This document shows positions 18,952-25,944 of a stretch of 40,096 nt of DNA, one piece after another. The notes under the pieces were generated by a model. The model had not been told where the DNA came from. It made no database searches and worked only from the letters and a program-made list of their open reading frames with translations. The position numbers and the translations under genes are program-made. The stretch is from a virus. Its lineage: Duplodnaviria; Caudoviricetes. The stretch's first letter is position 1; each line of letters opens with the position of its first letter. The stretch lies in the IMG/VR virus record IMGVR_UViG_3300028585_000041, positions 1 to 40,096 of that record; one strand, given 5' to 3'.

Positions 18952-19728
18952 TTGGCCTGGTTCCCCATCGGACCGTCGTCGTACCCGGACCTGTTCGGGC
19001 AGATGCAGTTCGTCAACTCCGAGCGGATCGCGCAGCAGTGGCTGTCGCTGACCCGCGACTTCGCTGCACGGTTCGGGCAGAACGGCGACCGGCTCACCCC
19101 GAACGAGGGCCGCCGCACCAAGGAACGCTGCGAGTACCTGTACGCGAAGTACCTCCGTGACGGCTACCCGGTGGCCGCGGCCCTGTACCTGTCCCGGCAC
19201 TACGAGGGCACGCACGGCAACGCGATCGACGCCGGCGTGACCATGGCGAACGGCCGGAACCGGGCGCTGACTGCGGAGGAGTTCGCGTGGCTGCACGAGC
19301 AGTGCGAGCTCCGCGGCTTCACCTGGACCGGCCGCAACTTCGGTGAGCCATGGCACATCGAAGGCGCAACCCGTACCGAGCACTTCCCGCCCTACCCGGG
19401 CATCACCGTCGAGAACGCAGTTCTCAGTCCCGAGGAGGACGACATGAACAACGAGCAGGACGCACGACTCAAGCGGCTCGAGGGCACGGTCGACAGGCTC
19501 ACCGACCTCGTCTCCGGCCTCCACAGCATGGTCAGCGACGACAAGCGCGGCATCAGCACCCGCGTGGCCGCAACGCTGAAGAACACCGACTACCTCGTCA
19601 AGGAGTTCACCAACCCGAAGCGCGGCGTCATCACCCGCCTGCAGGAGCTCCTGGGCCGGGTGACGACCACCGAGAAGCAGGTCGTCCCCGAGGGCAGCCG
19701 CTACGTGCAGCCGAAGGCAGGTGCCTGA
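18952..19728 (+). CDS. Endolysin, M15 (VanY-like) zinc peptidase
   Basis: EGRR, SRHYEGTHGNAID and EPWH motifs; GAAGGAGG RBS before TTG 18952. Confidence 0.85.
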   Translation: MAWFPIGPSSYPDLFGQMQFVNSERIAQQWLSLTRDFAARFGQNGDRLTPNEGRRTKERCEYLYAKYLRDGYPVAAALYLSRHYEGTHGNAIDAGVTMANGRNRALTAEEFAWLHEQCELRGFTWTGRNFGEPWHIEGATRTEHFPPYPGITVENAVLSPEEDDMNNEQDARLKRLEGTVDRLTDLVSGLHSMVSDDKRGISTRVAATLKNTDYLVKEFTNPKRGVITRLQELLGRVTTTEKQVVPEGSRYVQPKAGA

Positions 19729-20093
19729 TGGGCGACCACGAGAAGATCCCGAAGCTCGCGGTCGAGAACATCTGGTTCAAGGGTCAGCGCGTCCTCCGGA
19801 CGGCGTTCACGACGATCCTCACCGTCCTGCCGATCATCCCGCAGATCGTCCAGATCGTGCAGGGCCAGTGGCCAGCGACGAGCGGACTGACCGCGGTCGC
19901 CGTGCAGGCCGTCGCGATCAACACGGCCCTCTCGGCGATCATGACGATCCCGACCGTGAACAACTGGCTGACGGCGATCGGGCTCGGCTCCGTCCCGCGT
20001 GCGGCGGCAAAGCGCACCGCGATCGCGAAGCAGGTCGGCGAGAGTTCACCCCCGCAGATCACCGACGGCTCCGACCAGGTGCTGCCGCGGTGA
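19728..20093 (+). CDS. Putative holin
   Basis: RVLRTAF followed by two hydrophobic segments; TGATG coupling to endolysin. Confidence 0.7.
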   Translation: MGDHEKIPKLAVENIWFKGQRVLRTAFTTILTVLPIIPQIVQIVQGQWPATSGLTAVAVQAVAINTALSAIMTIPTVNNWLTAIGLGSVPRAAAKRTAIAKQVGESSPPQITDGSDQVLPR

Positions 20094-20599
20094 CCGTGCG
20101 CCGTCGTCGCCTCCGCAGCGCTGTCGGCCGAGCGTGGGGGGAGAACGTCGACTACGAGCCGCACCCGTCGCTGTATGTGACGCTGACGGTGAAGTACGCG
20201 TTCCTCGCCCTCTACGGCGTCCTGACCGCGGTGTTCGGCATCACCACCGTCGCCGTCACCCTCGGCCGGGCGTGGTCGGTCGGGATCCCGGCGATCATCA
20301 TCCTCGCGTCGGTGGGGTCGATCGTCGGTGTGCAGGTGTCCCGCCGGTACCGGGAGCGGCGGGCGTCACGGCGTCCGTTGCCGGAGCGGGTGCTGCTGGT
20401 TGAGATCCTGTCCGAGTACGTGCTCATCCTGAGCCTGTTCGCCTACGCGGTGTCGATCATCGTCCGCACCCACGCCGACGGGGACTGGGAACGGCTCGCG
20501 TACGCGGTCCTCCCGATGGCTGTGTCCGTCGTTCCGTTCTACCGAGCGCTGCACCTCTCGGAGCGCGAGGAGGCACCCCGGCCGGAGGAGCGCACGTGA
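20090..20599 (+). CDS. Membrane protein, about 4 TM (lysis accessory)
   Basis: Four hydrophobic stretches; GTGA overlap. Confidence 0.65.
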   Translation: MTVRRRRLRSAVGRAWGENVDYEPHPSLYVTLTVKYAFLALYGVLTAVFGITTVAVTLGRAWSVGIPAIIILASVGSIVGVQVSRRYRERRASRRPLPERVLLVEILSEYVLILSLFAYAVSIIVRTHADGDWERLAYAVLPMAVSVVPFYRALHLSEREEAPRPEERT

Positions 20600-20967
20600 G
20601 CGACGCCGTACTGATCGCCCTGATCACCGCTGGCGGCGGTTCCGTCGGCGCCGTCCTGCTGTTCATCCAGCGGCGGCTGCCCCCGCGTCCCGCTTCCGCA
20701 CGTGACGTCGCGATCACGGAGGTGTGGACGGAGCTCCGCGCCGTCCGCGAGGACCTCGACACGGTCATCCGCGAACGCGACGCCGAGCACGTGATGGTCA
20801 TGATCCTCACCGACTCGAACGACGCGCTCACCGCGGCCATCGAGCGGACGAAGCCGCCGATCGTGTTCACCGCGATCGAGCAGCAGAAGATCGACCGCGC
20901 TCGAGCCGCCCGTCAGGCCCGGGACGACAGCGCCTGGCCGACCGGCGCACGACCGACCCCCGCATGA
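20596..20967 (+). CDS. Membrane protein, 1 TM plus coiled coil (lysis accessory)
   Basis: N-terminal hydrophobic helix, then heptad-like region. Confidence 0.65.
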   Translation: MSDAVLIALITAGGGSVGAVLLFIQRRLPPRPASARDVAITEVWTELRAVREDLDTVIRERDAEHVMVMILTDSNDALTAAIERTKPPIVFTAIEQQKIDRARAARQARDDSAWPTGARPTPA

Positions 20968-21022
20968 ACACCCCGCCTCGGGCGGACTGAGCAGCCCCAC
21001 CGGGGCGGAGTGGAGCACACAC

Positions 21023-22252
21023 ATGGTGTGGAAGAGGAAGGCCGACCTCACCGGGCCGCAGGGCGAGGATGGCGAGCAGGGGCCGAAGGGCCCTCCGGGG
21101 GACAACGCAATCCCGGCCGCGGTGGTGCCGTACATCCCGCAGCCACTCCGGAACGAGGAGATCGGGTTCGCGATCGTCGGCGAGGACGGCAACCGGTCCT
21201 GGGTGGAGGGGGACCCCAGTGGCAAGCCGACGGGGTACTCGGTGCAGCTGCTTCGTGACGCCCTGAACCTCAACGTGCTGGCGTCCCTCGCCGTCGGCGG
21301 CCTGCAGTTCGTCGACTCGGACGGCAATAGCTCCCCGGACCTGATGTTCGCGGATGACGGATCGTTCACCCTCGACGCCGCGAAGCGGATCGTGGAGCGT
21401 GGGTCGAACGGGTTCCGGCCGCTGCGGAAGACGACACGCGTGTACTGCTGGGGCGACTCCCTCACGGCCCTGAACTGGGCGAAGTACGCGCAGACGCGGA
21501 CCGGCGTCTGGTTCACCGCTCGCGGCGTCGGCGGCCAGGCGCCGAACGACATCGCAGCCCGGCAGGGCGGCGTCGCCATCTCGTTCCAGATCGCAGCCGG
21601 CGGCACGCAGATCAACGGTGCCGGCGGCACGACGACGCTGACGAAACTCGCCCCGACGACCGGGTTCAACGTGTACGCCGGAGCGGCGACGTGGACGTGG
21701 GTGGGGATGCTCGGGCCGGTGTCCGGGACGCTCGCGCACGACGCGACGAACGACGTGTGGACGTTCACCTCCGACGCGGGCACCACGTCGAACATCCCAC
21801 CCTCCGCGAAGGCGACGTTCGTCGTCACGGCTGAAGAGGAGTCCCGGAACTACGGGCAGGTGCTGTGGGTCGGCCGGAACGACCGGACGACGGTGCAGAC
21901 CGCGGTGAAGGCGATGGTCGACCACATCGCGTACGCCGTCCCATACCTCGTCGTCGGCATCACCGCCGTCACCGGCGACGCCACCGACCTGGCGAACATC
22001 CGGTCGTCGAACCTGCTGACGCAGGCGATGCTCCACCCCGACGACTGGCTCGACCTACAGGCGCTTCTGGCAACGCAGGACGTCCTGACCCGGGTGGGCC
22101 TCACGCCCACCACCCAGGACCTCGCGGACATCGCGGCGGGCTTCATCCCGCGGCAGATCATGCAGGACGACCTGAAGCACTTCACCGACGCGGGCACGAA
22201 CGCGATCGGCCAGATCATCGGCGAGACGATGCAGACGAGAGGGAAGATCTGA
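21023..22252 (+). CDS. Tail fibre/receptor-binding protein with SGNH (GDSL) esterase domain
   Basis: Short collagen G-x-y run; blocks WGDSLT, RGVGGQ, WVGRND and DDLKH. Confidence 0.8.
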   Translation: MVWKRKADLTGPQGEDGEQGPKGPPGDNAIPAAVVPYIPQPLRNEEIGFAIVGEDGNRSWVEGDPSGKPTGYSVQLLRDALNLNVLASLAVGGLQFVDSDGNSSPDLMFADDGSFTLDAAKRIVERGSNGFRPLRKTTRVYCWGDSLTALNWAKYAQTRTGVWFTARGVGGQAPNDIAARQGGVAISFQIAAGGTQINGAGGTTTLTKLAPTTGFNVYAGAATWTWVGMLGPVSGTLAHDATNDVWTFTSDAGTTSNIPPSAKATFVVTAEEESRNYGQVLWVGRNDRTTVQTAVKAMVDHIAYAVPYLVVGITAVTGDATDLANIRSSNLLTQAMLHPDDWLDLQALLATQDVLTRVGLTPTTQDLADIAAGFIPRQIMQDDLKHFTDAGTNAIGQIIGETMQTRGKI

Positions 22253-23145
22253 TGGGACTCCGAATCGTGGTGCCAGGAGTGAAGTTCTCCGGGCCCTACC
22301 TGAACCCGGTCGACCCGGTGATGCCGAAGACCGGCGCCCTGGTGCTCCTCGAGCCCGGCCACCCGTACGCCCCGTGGAGCGGCCTGTTCCCCGCGAACCC
22401 GGACAGCATCCCGAACCTCGCGAAGGACTCCGCGGCTGCCATGGGCGCGACCATCGGGTTCACCTACGGCGGGTCCGGCCTCAACGCCACGAACCGGGCG
22501 GAGCGCACCTCGAAGGGCGGCCTCCACCTCGCGCACCTCGGGTCCGACGTGACGGCGAACTCGGGCCTGCTGCTGCAGAGCTCCGACGTCACGAAGTACA
22601 TCCAGACGAAGAAGCCGAAGATCTACATCTCCGCCTGGCTGCGACCGACGGCGCTCCGCACAGCGCCGGCGAACGGTGGCCTCGTGCAGACGCTCACCTC
22701 GAGCTCGTCGCACTTCGCGACATTCAACAAGGGCGGCTTCACCGGCGTCGCCGGCACCTACACGTCGCGCGGCTACAAGTTCGGGGACGCCGGCTACATC
22801 CAGGCCGGCATGCCGGCGATTCAACTGCAGCCGTCGTTCATCGATTCGTACGTGGACGCGGCGGCGCTGCTCGCGGACAAGCCGACCGAGTCGTTCATGA
22901 ACGCCGCGAACACGGCGTTCTACCCGATGATGGTCGGCAACGTCGGCTACCAGGACTCCGCGGTGAAGGGCGACCAGGGCTCGCAGGTCTACTACCGGGT
23001 GTACGTCGAGGACCTCACGGTCAGCGGCCGCACCTACGCGCAGGCACGGAACCTGGACCTCGCCGAGTACACGAAGCAGGTGCTCACCCCGGGCGGCCGG
23101 TACTACGGCGACACCTTCACCGCCCCGGCGACGCTCCTCGCGTAG
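22252..23145 (+). CDS. Tail-associated partner of the SGNH protein (hypothetical, beta-rich)
   Basis: TGATG coupling; ERTSKGGLH, YVEDLTVSGRTY and GGRYYGDTF motifs. Confidence 0.7.
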   Translation: MGLRIVVPGVKFSGPYLNPVDPVMPKTGALVLLEPGHPYAPWSGLFPANPDSIPNLAKDSAAAMGATIGFTYGGSGLNATNRAERTSKGGLHLAHLGSDVTANSGLLLQSSDVTKYIQTKKPKIYISAWLRPTALRTAPANGGLVQTLTSSSSHFATFNKGGFTGVAGTYTSRGYKFGDAGYIQAGMPAIQLQPSFIDSYVDAAALLADKPTESFMNAANTAFYPMMVGNVGYQDSAVKGDQGSQVYYRVYVEDLTVSGRTYAQARNLDLAEYTKQVLTPGGRYYGDTFTAPATLLA

Positions 23146-23148
23146 TCG

Positions 23149-23376
23149 TCACGCCGCGCAGGCGTCCGAGCAGTAGCCGCTCGGTCCGGCGACCGCCGTC
23201 TGGCACGACCTGCAGAACAGGTTCTCCGCCTCGACGCGCACGTGCACCGAGCGTCGAAGTCGAGACAGCGCATCCTGTCGGTGAACGGGTGGTGCGCTGA
23301 TGATCCACCGGTAAGTCCGGACGGCGCCGAACGTCACCGCGACGACGACGGTGAGGACCAGGAGACCAGCGAGCAC
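23149..23376 (-). CDS. Small membrane-anchored Zn-ribbon protein
   Basis: N-terminal TM helix; CRSC...YCSDAC; TACGCT -10 six nt upstream of GTG. Confidence 0.65.
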   Translation of the reverse strand: MLAGLLVLTVVVAVTFGAVRTYRWIISAPPVHRQDALSRLRRSVHVRVEAENLFCRSCQTAVAGPSGYCSDACAA

Positions 23377-23411
23377 GACGCGAGCGTAGCTGCCCGCTCG
23401 GCGGAAAGAAC

Positions 23412-23458
23412 AGACCCCCTCGGGTTCCTTCGGGAACTCGAGGGGGTCTTTCGTCGTT
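23412..23458. terminator. Probable bidirectional intrinsic terminator ending the late operon
   Basis: 17-bp stem AGACCCCCTCGGGTTCC-ttcg-GGAACTCGAGGGGGTCT followed by TTCGTCGTT. Confidence 0.8.
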
Positions 23459-23469
23459 GCGGCTGACGG

Positions 23470-23643
23470 TCAGACGGTGCGCTGCCCCATCGCGACGTCG
23501 TCGCACTCGTCGGAGCCGCAGGTGAGGGTCATGGTGTCCCAGTGGCCGGCGGTACCGACGTAGGTGCCGCAGATCTCGCAGTGGTCGAGGTCGTCCGGAC
23601 GCACGTCGGTGAAGAGGGTGCGAAGTGCGGATGCGAGGGACAT
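23470..23643 (-). CDS. Small Zn-ribbon protein, 57 aa
   Basis: MSLASALRTLF...CEIC...CGSDEC; TACCCT -10 six nt upstream of ATG. Confidence 0.6.
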   Translation of the reverse strand: MSLASALRTLFTDVRPDDLDHCEICGTYVGTAGHWDTMTLTCGSDECDDVAMGQRTV

Positions 23644-23700
23644 GCGGCGAGGGTACCTCGGTAGTTCGGGGTTGACCAGGGCGCTGGTAGTCTCCGGTCC
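23644..23700. promoter_or_regulatory. Divergent leaderless promoters
   Basis: TACCCT (minus strand, 23650-23655) and TG-G-TAGTCT (plus strand, 23688-23693), 6-7 nt from the start codons; no RBS. Confidence 0.6.
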
Positions 23701-25128
23701 ATGCGAAGGATCCTCGTGGTCGCCGCGGGGGTCGTTGTCACAACGGTTGCCGCTGCCCTGACCGTCCGTGAACCGCTGGTCGCCCCGCTGCTGGTCGCGG
23801 TCATCGCTTCGGTGCTGATCTTGGCGATCCGGCCGGCGTGGACGATCTACCTCACGCTCATCCTCGCGTTCACGGCGCTGCCGACGTTCGTGCCGACCGA
23901 GTTCAACGTCGCCGGGAACACGATCCGCGCGCACGAGCCGTTCCTGCTTCTCGCCATCCTCTACTCGTTGGTGAAGTTCAGGGCCAGCCGACGGCTGAAC
24001 CTGCTGACGCTGGCGTTCGTGGTGTTCGTCGCGCTCGGCTTCCTCGTCGGGTTCGCTGAGCAGAACACCGGCACGAAGCTGCTGTACGACGCCAGGCCGG
24101 TCGCCGAGGGCGGGGCCATGATCTTCCTGGCCGTCCGCGTCTACGGCACGGAGATCGCTCGTACCGCGTACCGGGTCATCAAGTGGGTGATGTGGGTGTC
24201 GGCCGTCGTCGTGCTGGCTGGCGCGACGCTCGGGGTTGAGGTCGGCGGCCGTACGGAAGAAGCGAGCCTCGCTGATCCGACTGCCGCTGCCGGGGCGGCG
24301 ACGCGACTGCTGACGAACGCGACGTTCCCCGCTCTGGCCGTGCTGTGCGCCGTCGCCGCGATCGTCATCGCGAAGCGGGCCACGCTCCGGAGCACGTGGG
24401 TGCTGTCTGTTCCCGCGGCCGTCATCGTCGTGCTCAGCTTCTCCCGCAACTCGATCCTCGCCCTCGCCGTCGCGATCCTCTTCGCGGTCATCGCGACCAG
24501 GACGGTGTCCGCGGCGCTTCGTGCGGGCGGCATCGTGCTCGTCACGATCGCGGCGTTCGCTCTCCTCATCGTCCTGAACCCCGTCCTCTCGACGCTGCCC
24601 GGCGGCGACTTCATCAACACGCAGGTGTCCAGCTACTCGAGCCGAGTCCTCGACGGGCTGACGTCGAACGTGCAGGCGACCGACGCATCCGTTCAGTTCC
24701 GGTCGAGCGAGGACGCGTGGCTGCTGCGTGGGATCGCGTCGTCGCCGGTGTTCGGGCACGGGTTCGGGTTCGCGTACAAGCCGTCGGCCGGCACGTCGAG
24801 CTTCACACTGGACTACGCCCCGTACTACGCGCACAACTTCTACCTCTGGGCGGGCGTGAAGACCGGCGTCGTCGGCGTGCTGATGTTCGTGCTCTCGGTC
24901 GCGAGCCCCCTGCTCCGGTCCCTCAACCGGCCGACCATGGCGACGTTGGGGATCGCGGCCGCGCTGGTGGGGATGCTCGCCGCGTCCTACGTCGCGCCCG
25001 TCCCGCTGAGCTCGACGTCGACGATCCTGTTCGGTGCGCTCGTCGGTGCGCTGGCCTGCGCGACGGAGCGCGGCGAGACCGCGTCACCCGAGGACGTCAG
25101 CGCCGTTCCTTCAGCTGTCGCCGCGTGA
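23701..25128 (+). CDS. O-antigen ligase/Wzy polymerase-like polytopic membrane protein
   Basis: 475 aa with about 12 hydrophobic segments; LSFSRNS, SVQFR, SPVFGHGFG and AHNFYL...GVVG motifs of the Wzy_C/WaaL family. Confidence 0.8.
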   Translation: MRRILVVAAGVVVTTVAAALTVREPLVAPLLVAVIASVLILAIRPAWTIYLTLILAFTALPTFVPTEFNVAGNTIRAHEPFLLLAILYSLVKFRASRRLNLLTLAFVVFVALGFLVGFAEQNTGTKLLYDARPVAEGGAMIFLAVRVYGTEIARTAYRVIKWVMWVSAVVVLAGATLGVEVGGRTEEASLADPTAAAGAATRLLTNATFPALAVLCAVAAIVIAKRATLRSTWVLSVPAAVIVVLSFSRNSILALAVAILFAVIATRTVSAALRAGGIVLVTIAAFALLIVLNPVLSTLPGGDFINTQVSSYSSRVLDGLTSNVQATDASVQFRSSEDAWLLRGIASSPVFGHGFGFAYKPSAGTSSFTLDYAPYYAHNFYLWAGVKTGVVGVLMFVLSVASPLLRSLNRPTMATLGIAAALVGMLAASYVAPVPLSSTSTILFGALVGALACATERGETASPEDVSAVPSAVAA

Positions 25129-25372
25129 CCCGGTCGCGCTCGAGCCACACTCGATGCGCGAAGCCCATGTGCACGAACTGGACGTAGACCCGATCGCCGG
25201 CGTCGGCGTCGACGAACCCTGGGACTCGCTGCCAGCCCGTGCGGGTGAACTCGACCTGCACCCACACAGGCGTGTGGTCGACCCACTCGGACCACTCGAC
25301 GCCGTCGATGCCGATCGGCTGGTCCTCGGGCGGGTCCGGGTGCTCGGGCGGGGACCACTGGTACTGCGGCAT
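25097..25372 (-). CDS. Hypothetical protein, 91 aa, Trp/Val-rich beta protein
   Basis: MPQYQWSPP...PVWVQVEF...VYVQF...VWL; CACCAT hexamer six nt upstream. Confidence 0.6.
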   Translation of the reverse strand: MPQYQWSPPEHPDPPEDQPIGIDGVEWSEWVDHTPVWVQVEFTRTGWQRVPGFVDADAGDRVYVQFVHMGFAHRVWLERDRVTRRQLKERR

Positions 25373-25452
25373 GCGGGCATGGTGCCGCGAACCGCTGACA
25401 GGCGCTCTCCGGGCCGTGGCCGCTGTCGGTGGGCTGAGAGACGCTGACGCCC

Positions 25453-25710
25453 ATGATCGACAGCGAGAGGGCCGTCCTGGCGTTCGAGGAGCGGCACCCG
25501 AGGAACGACCGGACGAAGGAAGCTGCGATCCGGACGGAGCTCGAGATGTCGTGGGTGCGGTACCGGCAGGTGCTCGGCCGCCTGGTATTCCGCCCGGACG
25601 TGCTCGAGGAGTACGCGGTCGTTGCGCACCGGGTGCAGCGGTCGACGGCTGCCGGCGTTGCCGCTCGTGCCCGGCGGGCGTTCCAATCCAACGTCTATCC
25701 AACGGAATGA
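25453..25710 (+). CDS. DUF3263-like protein
   Basis: ERAVLAFE...KEAAIRTEL...RYRQVLGRL matches the actinobacterial DUF3263 pattern. Confidence 0.7.
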   Translation: MIDSERAVLAFEERHPRNDRTKEAAIRTELEMSWVRYRQVLGRLVFRPDVLEEYAVVAHRVQRSTAAGVAARARRAFQSNVYPTE

Positions 25711-25825
25711 GGCGGAAACGCATGGGAATCGGTGGGATCGAGAGCCGCCGTGACCGGGCCCCGCGGCAGGTGTGATCGGGGATTAGTAGGAGTACGGGGG
25801 AGACGGTGGGAACGGACGCCGAGAA

Positions 25826-25862
25826 CAGTGGGTTCTCGGTTCAAGTCCGAGGGGGTGCACCA
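25826..25862 (+). other. attP core equal to the 3' half of a tRNA (likely tRNA-Lys CTT)
   Basis: CAGTGGGTT-CTCGG-TTCAAGT-CCGAG-GGGGTGC-A-CCA gives T-arm, acceptor strand and CCA; no 5' half present. Confidence 0.85.
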
Positions 25863-25874
25863 GAACACCAGATG

Positions 25875-25911
25875 AGGCCCGGGATCGCGAAAGCGGTCCC
25901 GGGCCTTTTCT
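25875..25911. terminator. Terminator after att core
   Basis: AGGCCCGGGATCGC-gaaa-GCGGTCCCGGGCCT-TTTCT. Confidence 0.8.
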
Positions 25912-25944
25912 CGTTGGGCCAACGGAAACCCAACGCTTTGCCGG

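Larger units (their letters stand above)
25688..25935. mobile_element. attP with integrase arm-type repeats
   Basis: CCAACG pairs 11 bp apart at 25688/25699 and 25919/25930, an inverted copy at 25912, flanking the tRNA-like core. Confidence 0.75.

Noticed and set aside
25790-25862. Complete phage-encoded tRNA
   Set aside because: Only the 3' half is present; there is no D-arm, anticodon loop or 5' acceptor strand. It is the attP core.
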